DNA of 64,000 bases from an uncultured archaeon (GCA_964524025.1 CAZGBT010000002.1:11210-75209), one strand, 5' to 3'. Counted from the stretch's first letter, positions 10,449 through 19,970 are shown. The notes: a model not told the origin generated them from the letters alone. Made by a program: numbers and translations.

Positions 10449-11569
10449 CTTAATACCTCCTTACTCATTTTCAGGATGGATTTTGTGTTTAACTGTGAAA
10501 TTTTCATTTTTGGTTCTACCCTTCTGAGAGGAACTACCAAATCCTTTTTTGCTTCCATACCTTTTACAGGCACTGCTAACTCATCTTCCTCATCAAGAGT
10601 TGGTAAACAAAATTGCAATGGTTCCTTTAACCCCCCTTCGGATTTCAGAAAATCGACAGCTATTTCATACCTCTTTCGGATAGAAAAAGGATCTCGTCTC
10701 CAATCGGTCACTGCTAGTATTAGGTTCGGCTCGAGGTTTTGTAAGATAAATAGAGCTATGTACACAAACTGCCCGCTAACATGACGGATAATTTGCGGAG
10801 AAACTCCTTCTGATTCGTCTATCATACGAAGTAATTGCATACGACGAATAACCCTTTTGGGTACAGAGCGTGTATCTCCCTTAAGCGAAATTCTAAGTTG
10901 AGTTTCGCGTATACCTGGGATCCACAGTGCGCCATGTGTTAAAGCCTCAGCAGCGGCTGTTTCGAAATACGGAGTAAGATCTATTACTTTTTGATTGCCA
11001 CCCTCTATCTCTCTTCGCAATAAGGCATGGAATTCTTCTATTTTTAGACATTTAGATGAAGAGTTGGAACAGTATCCCCAAATTCTACTGGTGAGTTCTG
11101 GAGCTATCCGATTGAAGTGTGAAATGCAAAACTCTCGGAGTTTATATGTGGGGATTGAAATACAGTCTAGTCTTTCTCCATCTACCTCACATAAGTCTTT
11201 TCCTTCCAGAAAATAAAAATTCCTAGCAACCAAATCTCCCTTTCTACATCTGTAAATGAAAGGTACTACAACATAGGCTCTCTTGAAAAGTGTATGTAAA
11301 CTCATTAAATCGCCTAACCATTGTAGACTGATTAAATTAATATTTTGTTGTTCGGTAACCAAAAACAACGAGTAATGCTGAAGGTTTGGAGTTGCTATCT
11401 GCCTGGCAAAACCTAATGAGATATCTTTAATAATATCTGCAATTTCGTAAGCTAGCTTTAGAGTATCTTCTCCAAATAAGGAAAGAATGAACCTCTCGGC
11501 TCTGTAAATGAGTTCCTCTCGTGATTTTATTGCCTTTTGCATTTCGCGTACTGAATTTAGGTATCTCAT
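10439..11569 (-). CDS. Hypothetical protein, unrecognised family; GC-enriched relative to neighbours; central cluster of ~7 Cys
   Basis: 376-aa ORF overlapping the downstream M28 gene by 10 nt. R-rich rather than K-rich composition. No motif I can assign. Confidence 0.55.
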   Translation of the reverse strand: MRYLNSVREMQKAIKSREELIYRAERFILSLFGEDTLKLAYEIADIIKDISLGFARQIATPNLQHYSLFLVTEQQNINLISLQWLGDLMSLHTLFKRAYVVVPFIYRCRKGDLVARNFYFLEGKDLCEVDGERLDCISIPTYKLREFCISHFNRIAPELTSRIWGYCSNSSSKCLKIEEFHALLRREIEGGNQKVIDLTPYFETAAAEALTHGALWIPGIRETQLRISLKGDTRSVPKRVIRRMQLLRMIDESEGVSPQIIRHVSGQFVYIALFILQNLEPNLILAVTDWRRDPFSIRKRYEIAVDFLKSEGGLKEPLQFCLPTLDEEDELAVPVKGMEAKKDLVVPLRRVEPKMKISQLNTKSILKMSKEVLRCI

Positions 11570-11598
11570 CCTCTCACCCAGTTATTTGAAAACCATCT

Positions 11599-11841
11599 TT
11601 AGCGCCAATCATGGTTCCGTATCTCACCTTCAATGTCATTAAGCAAGAAGATAATAACTTTTCCAGCCTTTGTAAGCCTAGCAGGATTTGAGTTCCCAAA
11701 CTTAATAAGACCAAGTTCTCTTAATATTTTTGCATTAGCCTTTAAAGTTGAAAGAGGTCTATTAAAAGCTTTACTTATCCTTCTTAACAAGCTGGAAATT
11801 GTAAATTCGAAATTTGAAGCAACAGCAAAGAGTATTATCAA
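11599..11841 (-). CDS. Small winged-HTH-like DNA-binding protein (putative transcriptional regulator)
   Basis: 80 aa: ...RPLSTLKANAKILRELGLIKFGNSNPARLTKAGKVIIFL resembles an ArsR/MarR-type recognition helix plus wing. Heads a co-directional three-gene string. Confidence 0.4.
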   Translation of the reverse strand: MIILFAVASNFEFTISSLLRRISKAFNRPLSTLKANAKILRELGLIKFGNSNPARLTKAGKVIIFLLNDIEGEIRNHDWR

Positions 11842-11903
11842 CTGATTTTTATTAAAAGCTCTTTTTAAAACTTTTTTAATACATTTTCTCTCTTTTTCAG
11901 ATA

Positions 11904-11930
11904 GTGATATTGGTGCATATCACCACCAAT
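11904..11930. promoter_or_regulatory. Two overlapping perfect inverted repeats (GTGATAT-N6-ATATCAC; ATTGGTG-N8-CACCAAT) between thrS 3' end and the HTH gene start
   Basis: Read directly at 11904-11930. Lies 60-90 nt upstream of the small HTH gene start (11841, minus strand). Confidence 0.3.
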
Positions 11931-12005
11931 TTTACTTTTTTAAAAGAAAGTTTTATAAGCATAATGGTCAAACAAACCTAGCCAGGAATCTAAATTAATT
12001 TAGCA

Positions 12006-13874
12006 CTAAATTGCTCCAACAAATTTAGGTCTTTTACTTAACAATACAGGCAAAGAAAGCTTAATAAAGGGGAATCCATCGGTTTTTTCTCTTATAAATC
12101 TAATTAAATCTTCCAATTTCATCTTAACTAGTTTACCTTCTTTTCTTATTCTGACATTAAATACTCCACTTTCAACTTCTTTTTTACCTACAACTATTAT
12201 AAATGGTACCCATTCCATTTCGGCCTCTCTAATTTTTTTCTCGACAGTCAAATCTCTATCATCTACATCAACTCTTATCCTATTTTTTATTAATTTTTCG
12301 GCAATCTCCAATGCAAAATCAACAAATTCTTTGCTAACTGTACATAACCTTACTTGGATAGGGGAGAGCCATAAAGGAAATGTAGCATGTTCAGGCGATT
12401 TCATGTATTCCTTCTCAAGAATAGCATAAATACATCTTTCTAAAGCACCAGAAGGGGAACAATGCAGAATTAGAGGATTCTTCTTTTTACCATCTTCGTC
12501 AACATAAAAAATACGGAATCTCTTTGAATTTTCATGGTCTATTTGAACTGTAGAAAGCGCGCTTGCCTTGTTCAAAGCGTCTACGAAATTAAATTCAAAT
12601 TTTGGGTCAAAATAGGCGTACCTAAAATTCCACATTTCTATTAAAACTGGTTTTCCAAAATCTTTTACAAGGTTTATTATGAATTCCTTATTCTCCTTCC
12701 AAAAATCTTTAGTAAACCTAATAGCAGTCTCGTAATTTTCTTCTGTTAATCCTAGGTCTTTTAAGCATTCCTTGCAAAAGTTAAATTGCTTTCTAAACTC
12801 TTCTTTAGCTTGTTCTAAATCTTTACACAAGGTGTGCATGTCTGGCATAGTAAACGCCCTTAACCTTCTAAGACCAGTTAATTCACCTCTTTTTTCCAAT
12901 CTAAAAGCATATCTTGTTAACTCAAACATCCTTAAAGGTAAATGTTTGTAGGAAATTATCATATCCGATTTCATCATGAATTGTCCAAAACATGCACTAA
13001 ATCTTAAGAAAAATTTTCTCTTAGCAGACTCGACTATATACTGTCTCGCTGGAAACCTTTCTAGATAACTTTCCAAGGCAGGATGAGCAAAATCGTACAT
13101 AACTGGAGTTTCTACCTCCATAGCACCAAATTTTATGGTTTTTTCTGTTATCCACCTCTCTAGCAAGTTTTTAATTAATCTGCCTTTTGGATACCATCTC
13201 AAATTTCCTGGATCACTTCCTTTCTCATAATCTGCAATTTCTAATTTTCTCATAAGCCTTACATGAGGCGGTTCTTTTTCTACTTTCCTTATCTTTTTCA
13301 TCTCATAAAGGGCGAATTTCTCTAGATTTTCATAATTCGAGAAATCAAAACCAACAATCTTATTCCCTTCTAATTTAATTGGAAAGAGCTTTCCTTCTGG
13401 AGTAAGTATAAACCATTCCGACTTAACTTTTTCCTCCTCCTCTAGTGCTTTTGGTCTTATCAACTTTTTTCCCTCAAAACTTTTAAATTGCTCCGCTAGA
13501 GGATGTCCTTTAAGTTTTAACGAAAATTTTTTTATCCAACCAAAAGGAGCTTTCTCTACCTTTAATCTTTGACTTAATCTCTCATTAAGCAAATTTATGA
13601 GGTTAAGAGCTTTTTTTGGTGAAGCTAATTCGTTGCTTAGATGTGCGTAAGGGTATATTAATAATTTATCGCATCCAACTTCTTCGCAGACTTTTGTTAT
13701 TTCTAATGAAACGCTATCAACCACCTCTTCCGAATCTCTTTCTTCTACACAGACAAAGGCTACTACCAAATCCTTTAAGATTCTTTTCCTTTCTTTAAAT
13801 TCTTCAGCAATCTCTACTTCTTTCTTTACTATTTCATAAGAAAACTCATCGCAGTGTAAAAGCAATACTTTCAT
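12006..13874 (-). CDS. thrS: Threonyl-tRNA synthetase, archaeal type with N-terminal editing domain
   Basis: Class II core ([25 protein letters not shown]; [17 protein letters not shown]...PKGRL). 622 aa. N-terminal archaeal-type editing domain. Confidence 0.88.
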   Translation of the reverse strand: MKVLLLHCDEFSYEIVKKEVEIAEEFKERKRILKDLVVAFVCVEERDSEEVVDSVSLEITKVCEEVGCDKLLIYPYAHLSNELASPKKALNLINLLNERLSQRLKVEKAPFGWIKKFSLKLKGHPLAEQFKSFEGKKLIRPKALEEEEKVKSEWFILTPEGKLFPIKLEGNKIVGFDFSNYENLEKFALYEMKKIRKVEKEPPHVRLMRKLEIADYEKGSDPGNLRWYPKGRLIKNLLERWITEKTIKFGAMEVETPVMYDFAHPALESYLERFPARQYIVESAKRKFFLRFSACFGQFMMKSDMIISYKHLPLRMFELTRYAFRLEKRGELTGLRRLRAFTMPDMHTLCKDLEQAKEEFRKQFNFCKECLKDLGLTEENYETAIRFTKDFWKENKEFIINLVKDFGKPVLIEMWNFRYAYFDPKFEFNFVDALNKASALSTVQIDHENSKRFRIFYVDEDGKKKNPLILHCSPSGALERCIYAILEKEYMKSPEHATFPLWLSPIQVRLCTVSKEFVDFALEIAEKLIKNRIRVDVDDRDLTVEKKIREAEMEWVPFIIVVGKKEVESGVFNVRIRKEGKLVKMKLEDLIRFIREKTDGFPFIKLSLPVLLSKRPKFVGAI

Positions 13875-13899
13875 GAATAATAAACTTTAAAAGCTAGTT

Positions 13900-14811
13900 T
13901 TAAACTTTATTGCTCAACAAAAAATTTCTAACTTCATCTATAGTTGGCAAAGCACTCATAGCACCATATTTTGTTATTGAGATTGCTGCACAAGCATTAG
14001 CGAACCTAAGTAATTCGTCTTCTTTAAAACCCATTAGCTTCCCTACTATCAAGCCTGCTGCAAAAGCATCTCCAGCTCCAGTTGTATCTACAACTTTAAC
14101 CTTAAAAGCAGGCTGTTCTATAAGATTTCCTTTGAAGAGTAAAGAACCTTTTTCTCCTCTAGTTACAGCAATCAGCTTCAAACGAAAAGCGGAACAAATT
14201 TCATCTAACAATTCATTTAGGTCTTTAGTCTTTAATCCTAAAATTTCTCCTATGTATTCCAATTCAGAAACAGATGGTAATAAAATGTGGACGTATTCTA
14301 AAGCATCTAGCAAATAATTGTTAAATGTGCTCTTCCATAAATCTTCTCTAAAGTTTGGATCGAAAGAGACTTCTAAAGAATTTTTCTTAGCTAATTCTAA
14401 AGCATAAAACAAAGTTTCTCTAACCGGAACGTCTGTTAACGAAAGCGAACCAAAATGGAAAATCTTATTTTTCTTAAACAGTTCTTCTTGGATTTGGTCT
14501 TCAAGTATAAATTTGTCTGCTCCTCTGTAAAAGAAAAAGCTTGGTTTGCCTCCTACTAAAGTAACAAAAGCTAAAGTAGTTCTAGCAAAATTCTCTATTC
14601 TTACGCAACTTATATCGACTTTTTCCTCAACCATCTTCTGAAGAAGCATCTTGCCGAAATAATCGTTACCAACCGTTGCTATCAAATAAACTTTCTTACC
14701 TAATCTTGAGCAACCTACTGCAAAATTTGCCGGAGCACCCCCTGGAAATGGATGAAACCCATCTCCAATTTTTATCATATCTACAAGGAGTTCTCCAAAG
14801 CTAATTATCAT
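13900..14811 (-). CDS. PfkB-family carbohydrate/nucleoside kinase (ribokinase-like)
   Basis: N-terminal GG motif region (PFPGGAPANFAV) and C-terminal DTTGAGDAFAAG anion-hole motif. Confidence 0.8.
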   Translation of the reverse strand: MIISFGELLVDMIKIGDGFHPFPGGAPANFAVGCSRLGKKVYLIATVGNDYFGKMLLQKMVEEKVDISCVRIENFARTTLAFVTLVGGKPSFFFYRGADKFILEDQIQEELFKKNKIFHFGSLSLTDVPVRETLFYALELAKKNSLEVSFDPNFREDLWKSTFNNYLLDALEYVHILLPSVSELEYIGEILGLKTKDLNELLDEICSAFRLKLIAVTRGEKGSLLFKGNLIEQPAFKVKVVDTTGAGDAFAAGLIVGKLMGFKEDELLRFANACAAISITKYGAMSALPTIDEVRNFLLSNKV

Positions 14812-14820
14812 ATTTCAACT

Positions 14821-15699
14821 TCAAAAATAGCTTTTTATAAGTTGGTAAACTTTTCTTCCAGCTACTGAATATGGTCTAAAACTTCCCATTTCCATTTCTT
14901 CTTGATTATCGTAAATTGTCTTATGAAGATAAGGCAAGGGAAAACCAGCAAATATCGCATACATATCTATAGCTGCACCAACCCCCCAAAAATCTTCACC
15001 CATATAGTTTATATCCCCTTTAATTCTATTACCCATGCCAATTGTAAATCCTCCTCTCTCCTTTACAGCCTTAAATAGTTCCTCATCTGTCACACCATCT
15101 CCTACAGCTATAAGCAAAGGATAACCGTTGTTTAACTCATGTAATAAGTTATTCGGTTTGTTGGCCTGTCCGTTCGGTTTGATTATACTAACGTAACGAC
15201 CTCTCTCGTCTGTTAGAATTTCAGTTCCAATAACTACTATGTTATCACAATTTGGAAAACATCGCCTTACTATTGGTTGTAGTAGATCTTTAATTCCTGC
15301 TGATGAAATTACAGGTTTTCCGTACAGGCTAATAGTTTCTACCACTTCTTTAGCCCCTTTTCTTAGAATTTCAGAACCTTCACGTTCTAATTTTTTTAAA
15401 TTTTCCATACCAATTTTTACCACACGTTCCTTGTAAGCTCCTTTCTCGATCAACATAATTGCTAATTCATCACCTGAACTATAACTACCATTCGTATAGT
15501 AGGGATCAAAGGCAAAGGGTTGCTGACGCATGTCCATGACTCTCCTTTCAAATTCTTCCTTACTTAGACCCAAAACATCTTCGCTTAGAAAATCCCTTCC
15601 CAAATCAAACTTGCTCATACACCCGTCCCAATCAAATAGAGCCAGAATAGTAGGTTTTTGGGCCACAGAAGTTTTATAGGAGATATTATTTTGTAACAT
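14821..15699 (-). CDS. HAD-superfamily hydrolase/phosphatase
   Basis: Motif I LFDWDGC (DxDG), motif IV GDGVTD. 292 aa. Confidence 0.6.
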   Translation of the reverse strand: MLQNNISYKTSVAQKPTILALFDWDGCMSKFDLGRDFLSEDVLGLSKEEFERRVMDMRQQPFAFDPYYTNGSYSSGDELAIMLIEKGAYKERVVKIGMENLKKLEREGSEILRKGAKEVVETISLYGKPVISSAGIKDLLQPIVRRCFPNCDNIVVIGTEILTDERGRYVSIIKPNGQANKPNNLLHELNNGYPLLIAVGDGVTDEELFKAVKERGGFTIGMGNRIKGDINYMGEDFWGVGAAIDMYAIFAGFPLPYLHKTIYDNQEEMEMGSFRPYSVAGRKVYQLIKSYF

Positions 15700-15744
15700 T
15701 AAGTATTACTTTGTATTACTTTACTTAAAAATTTTTCTTACTAC

Positions 15745-16521
15745 TTATTCGAGATGAAACCATTCGCCAGTAAAAGTAAATGCATAAACCCTACCGCTTC
15801 GAATTAACCTTGGCAAAACATCCTTCTCTATCCAACCTTTTTCTGGAAAGAATTTTAAAGCTTCTGGTTCGAATAAAAAGACACCTGCACTTACATAAAA
15901 ACTTCTCGTCTCTTTTGCGGGACTTGTAAAACCTACTACCTTATTACCTAAAATTTTGATAAAGTCTTTTGACTTTTCTAAATGGGTTGTTGCTATGGCA
16001 ATAGTCGCTAGAGATCTGTTAGATCTATGGAAATTTATCATCTCCTTTAGATCAAAATCAAAAAATTCATCACCATAAATAACAAAAAATGTAGAATCTA
16101 GCTTATTCGCAATCTTCTTTATTACTCCAGCTGTTCCAAGTGGTTCCTTTTCACGAATATAAGAAATGCTTAAGCCTAGCTCTGAGCCGTCTCCAACAAG
16201 TTTAAATACCTGATCTGTTATAGGGCCTCCAGCGATCGTTATCTGCGAAACGTTTGCCTTTTTAAGCTTTTCCAAGATCCAGAGAATAAGTGGTTTGCCT
16301 TTTACTTTATAAAGCGGTTTGTAAGTATCCTTATAAAGCAACTTTTCTTTCTTTCCTCCTGCAAGTATAATAGCTTTGGATACTTTTTCTAGTTTTAAAG
16401 CCTCTCTAAGCAAAAATTCTACAACTTGCGATCTATTCCTAAACTTTATTCCATCTATTAAACTATCGACTTTTCTTAGAAGATCTTTTTCAATAGTAAG
16501 TGAAATTCTTTTTTTCCTCAT
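15745..16521 (-). CDS. Sugar-phosphate nucleotidyltransferase (RmlA/GlmU-like NTP_transferase fold) with N-terminal ribbon-helix-helix (CopG/Arc-like) domain
   Basis: N-terminus RISLTIEKDLLRKVDSLIDGIKFRNRSQVVEFLLREAL is RHH-like. Followed by AIILAGGKKEKL (GxGxRL-type), EKEPLGTAG, YGDEFFD. Confidence 0.65.
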   Translation of the reverse strand: MRKKRISLTIEKDLLRKVDSLIDGIKFRNRSQVVEFLLREALKLEKVSKAIILAGGKKEKLLYKDTYKPLYKVKGKPLILWILEKLKKANVSQITIAGGPITDQVFKLVGDGSELGLSISYIREKEPLGTAGVIKKIANKLDSTFFVIYGDEFFDFDLKEMINFHRSNRSLATIAIATTHLEKSKDFIKILGNKVVGFTSPAKETRSFYVSAGVFLFEPEALKFFPEKGWIEKDVLPRLIRSGRVYAFTFTGEWFHLE

Positions 16522-16561
16522 CAGTTGAAAATTATGTAAGAAAAATTTAAATTAAGCCCTT

Positions 16562-17287
16562 TTAGTCTGACCAAAAAGTTAAAACCATAGATGCTATCTG
16601 TTCAAAAACATCTCCATAATATGCCTGCATTAGCAATAAAATCAATGGATGTTGTATTAAATAAATTAAAAGAGATTTCCTCCCTAGGAGAGTTATTGGT
16701 CTTAAAATTTTTGGAATTTTAAGGTCGAGATTTAGAGAATTACCTATTGCGATTCCTATTAACATAAACCCAAACCAGGGAAGAAGAGGATAATAGTCAA
16801 GCATGCAAATTTTGGGTTTAAAGCCTAACCAGAATGCGTATTTGTTAGCAACACCAACATTTTGGATTGTTATACCCGTTAAAATTAGTGCAAAACCAGC
16901 AAGTAACGAAAGAACTCTGAATGCTGAAAAGAAACTCCCTAAAATAACCGCAATCCCGAAGAAGTGAAGTATCCCAAACCTTACATAACATCGAGTTGGA
17001 AGTGTTATAATGGTTATTAGCAACCCTAGACAAAAGAATTTAATACCTCTCTTTACGCTCGCGACAAGCAATCTTTTGCCATATTTCCTCCTAGCCAATG
17101 TAAGCGAAATCCCAGAAATAAAGATAAACATTCCACCTATAAACCTTGGAAAGAAATACCAAAATAGAGAATTCAAGCTTATCTTATTAAAGTAACTAAG
17201 GTCGAAAAATACATGATAGATTAACATAAGGATAACAGCTACTCCCCTAAGGAAGTCAACAAATTCTAATCTCTTCCAAGCAGTCAT
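16562..17287 (-). CDS. Polytopic membrane protein, DUF1624/acyltransferase-3-like
   Basis: FLRGVAVILMLIYHVF N-terminal motif typical of that family. Multiple TM helices. Confidence 0.45.
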   Translation of the reverse strand: MTAWKRLEFVDFLRGVAVILMLIYHVFFDLSYFNKISLNSLFWYFFPRFIGGMFIFISGISLTLARRKYGKRLLVASVKRGIKFFCLGLLITIITLPTRCYVRFGILHFFGIAVILGSFFSAFRVLSLLAGFALILTGITIQNVGVANKYAFWLGFKPKICMLDYYPLLPWFGFMLIGIAIGNSLNLDLKIPKILRPITLLGRKSLLIYLIQHPLILLLMQAYYGDVFEQIASMVLTFWSD

Positions 17288-17322
17288 ATTAATTACCTAC
17301 ATGTTAATAATCAAGAAAAGAA

Positions 17323-18027
17323 CTAAAACGCATTCCATTTCAATTTAAGTATCAACTTTAATTTCCCGTCAGTAAGAATTGTCATTCCTGCGATTTTTAA
17401 TCCACTAGCATATGGAGGCCAAAGATGTGTATCGAGAGTTTTCAAAATTACCATTCTCTCGCCAATTCTACGGTAAGAATAAAACCATAAATCTGGCCAG
17501 AAAATATCCAAGTTATTATAAACTCCTGGATTTATCATGGAATAATCAAACTTTTTATCTTTTAAACTTTCAGTAAATACATTAACCCTATAAAGCTTAC
17601 CATCCTTATATACGTCATTAAAAACTGTATGAAGGTTTCCAGTCACGTAAGCCGATTGTAAAAGATGAACATCCCCTAATTCTGCTTCAAAACCTAGTAT
17701 AAAAAATAGTACACCTTGATATCTGCAACACCCAGCTTTGTGTTTTAAGGCAAAACTTAAGGGGTGTTTTTCCATAACGATACTCTCCATCAATCTTTTT
17801 CTCTCCACATCCAAGCATGTAAACATGCCTTCATAAGCGTTTTCCATCGCATCTATGCAAAGCTGTTTAATGCTTTTTAATTTTTCTGAAAATGGTAAAT
17901 TTCTACATCGCTGCGCTTTTTCTACTAGCTCATTTAGCTCTTCTGATTCGTCAACTAATACATCAAACGGCTCTATTCCGATGTATGTAGAAAGTTTTTC
18001 TATTCTTCTTGGCTTTAACCTTAGCAT
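17323..18027 (-). CDS. Transglutaminase-like (Cys-His-Asp) domain protein
   Basis: KAGCCRYQGVLFFILGFEAELGDVHLLQSAYVTGNLHTVFNDVY fits G-C-x-x-[YF]-A/Q ... H ... D/N spacing of transglutaminase-like cysteine proteases. Confidence 0.4.
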   Translation of the reverse strand: MLRLKPRRIEKLSTYIGIEPFDVLVDESEELNELVEKAQRCRNLPFSEKLKSIKQLCIDAMENAYEGMFTCLDVERKRLMESIVMEKHPLSFALKHKAGCCRYQGVLFFILGFEAELGDVHLLQSAYVTGNLHTVFNDVYKDGKLYRVNVFTESLKDKKFDYSMINPGVYNNLDIFWPDLWFYSYRRIGERMVILKTLDTHLWPPYASGLKIAGMTILTDGKLKLILKLKWNAF

Positions 18028-18036
18028 GCTTAACTG

Positions 18037-18651
18037 CTAAATTATCGGTTTTAACTCCCCAACATATAAAAGCTCACTATTTGTTAAAAGATAAACTCCT
18101 ATAGGTTCGTCCACTGGATACTCCAGACTGAATCCTGCAGGTCTTCTTTTCTTGGCATATTCCTGTAATCGATAAAAGAGTATATTTGGGTGCGTAAGGT
18201 AGAAAGAAATACCATATAGGTGGTCTATACCAACAACAGCTAGAAGCCTTTCTCTTCTTTTCGCTAAAAACCATAAATTTCTTGCCATCCAGCAATCTCT
18301 AAAATCAAGGGTTGCATATTTAATACCGAGAACAGTATCCATATCCCACTCATCTTCTAGCAGACCTTCCAGCATAGCAGGTCCTATTTTATAAACTACT
18401 CTAATACCAATTTCAAACAGTTGTTGGATTCCCATTCCCGTAAAATCTTTTAGAGTTTTTTCATCTACCCCATATTCTCTACTACGATCCATTCTCCCTT
18501 CCACAGCAAGCTCATGAGTTTTGTATTTTCGTAAGGTTTTCTCTATACTGATAGTTCCATCGTGGTAGGTTCCTATAAGAACTATCTGGGTTATCCCCAC
18601 TGTCAACTCTTTCACATATTTTTCCTCCGCCATCTCTCTTTTTTCATACAT
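18037..18651 (-). CDS. TraB/GumN-like family protein (hypothetical)
   Basis: VLIGTYHDG ... LAVEGR resembles the GTAHVS...VAVE motifs of TraB/PrgY family. Weak. Confidence 0.3.
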   Translation of the reverse strand: MYEKREMAEEKYVKELTVGITQIVLIGTYHDGTISIEKTLRKYKTHELAVEGRMDRSREYGVDEKTLKDFTGMGIQQLFEIGIRVVYKIGPAMLEGLLEDEWDMDTVLGIKYATLDFRDCWMARNLWFLAKRRERLLAVVGIDHLYGISFYLTHPNILFYRLQEYAKKRRPAGFSLEYPVDEPIGVYLLTNSELLYVGELKPII

Positions 18652-19198
18652 ATTAGTTTTTGATTATAGCTTAAAAAATTATCACTAAGCAGTAAATAAT
18701 TCATACGATAAGTAGTGAAAACACAAGCCTAACTTGTAAAATAAAATATTTAATAAAAAATATATTTTTTAGTAAACTTTAAATACTTTATTTTCCATAT
18801 TTAACTATGCTAAAATTGTTAAAAGAAACGGAAATGAAAAATATCTACAAAAACTTAAATTTCTATATTCAAACTTCTGGAAAAGGTATATAGACTTATT
18901 TATAAGAGAAAATTCTCTTCACTACGAGTGGAGTAGTGTTGTTGTAATAAAGAAATCGCATAAATTTAGCGTAAGATTCCTTAAACCAAAAAGGAACATA
19001 AGGGGGGGTTAAGGTATTGGACTAGGAGGATTTATCAATACATGAGCTTAGCTACAATAAGAAAATTAATTGAATTTGGAGAAAATCTAAAAATTGAGAA
19101 TTTTTGGGAAATTCCTTCAAACTTTTTCTTGCTTAGAAATACCTAGACAGGTAATTACCAACAAATGTGACGAAAAATTAAGTTCTTATAGAATCTTC

Positions 19199-19810
19199 TT
19201 ACCACTTGGTTCCCGCTATTTTTCTAAATAATTCTGCTATTTCTTCACTTAGATACTCAAGGATTGAAAATATTCCTTTTTCAGTGATTTTTTTAGTTTT
19301 GGAGGATGCTAAAACAACTAGTTGATTTGGAAATACTTCTAATTCCTCATGTAGCACATTGAAATTCCATTTCCTTACATAAGGTATTTTAATAGAACCA
19401 CTCCTGTTACATATTAGAACCATAGCTGAATTGCAACCTTTTCTTATAGCAAAGTCTCTAGCTTTGTATAGCTCTTTAATTTTTTCTCGTTCATATTTTT
19501 TCACTACAGATGCGTACACATCCAGACCATCTTTAAATATATCATATCTAATCTTCTTCGGCAACGTGAAGTATTTTACTGCTTGTCTAAACACTTTTTT
19601 ACCTTTTGGAGAAAGCTCACTTCCTTTTCGTGTAGTAACCACAAGCTTTTTGTTAGAAAGTATTCTAAGAATGCTTCGGATGCTTCCCTCACCTACTTCA
19701 GCTAGTTTAGATAACTTTTGCCTTGCGATTTTACCTTTCTTACCTATTAAAAAGAAAATCCTAAGTATATCATACCTATCAAATTTTTTTAAGGTCTTAA
19801 CTTTCTTCAT
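19199..19810 (-). CDS. Winged-helix DNA-binding protein, candidate transcriptional regulator (divergent from nrdDG)
   Basis: N-terminal KLSKLAEVGEGSIRSILRILSNKKLVVTTRKGSELSPKGKK (HTH plus wing). 203 aa with an uncharacterised C-terminal domain. Confidence 0.4.
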   Translation of the reverse strand: MKKVKTLKKFDRYDILRIFFLIGKKGKIARQKLSKLAEVGEGSIRSILRILSNKKLVVTTRKGSELSPKGKKVFRQAVKYFTLPKKIRYDIFKDGLDVYASVVKKYEREKIKELYKARDFAIRKGCNSAMVLICNRSGSIKIPYVRKWNFNVLHEELEVFPNQLVVLASSKTKKITEKGIFSILEYLSEEIAELFRKIAGTKW

Positions 19811-19942
19811 ATTTTTTAATTTACTACTTTTTTTACTTTAGCAGAAGAGTTAAAAAGCAAAATATTGGTAAGATAAGACTTGGAGGCACTAAGGTCATAG
19901 CTTATTAGAAAATCGAACATATTGGATACGGTATCCAAATAC

Positions 19943-19950
19943 TTTTAAAT
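19943..19950 (+). promoter_or_regulatory. TATA-like box (TTTTAAAT) ~21-28 nt upstream of nrdD ATG; suggests a leaderless transcript
   Basis: Sequence read directly; spacing typical of archaeal BRE/TATA to TSS. Confidence 0.3.
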
Positions 19951-19970
19951 GAGAAGATATAAACTGTCTT

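Noticed and set aside
13910-14317. Numerous plus/minus antisense ORFs inside annotated genes (e.g. 13910-14317, 20753-21172, 29891-30223, 38095-38409, 44046-44438, 51608-52072)
   Set aside because: Each lies opposite a well-supported CDS with strong motifs; translations are low-complexity Ser/Leu/Phe-rich, typical of antisense frames in AT-rich coding DNA.
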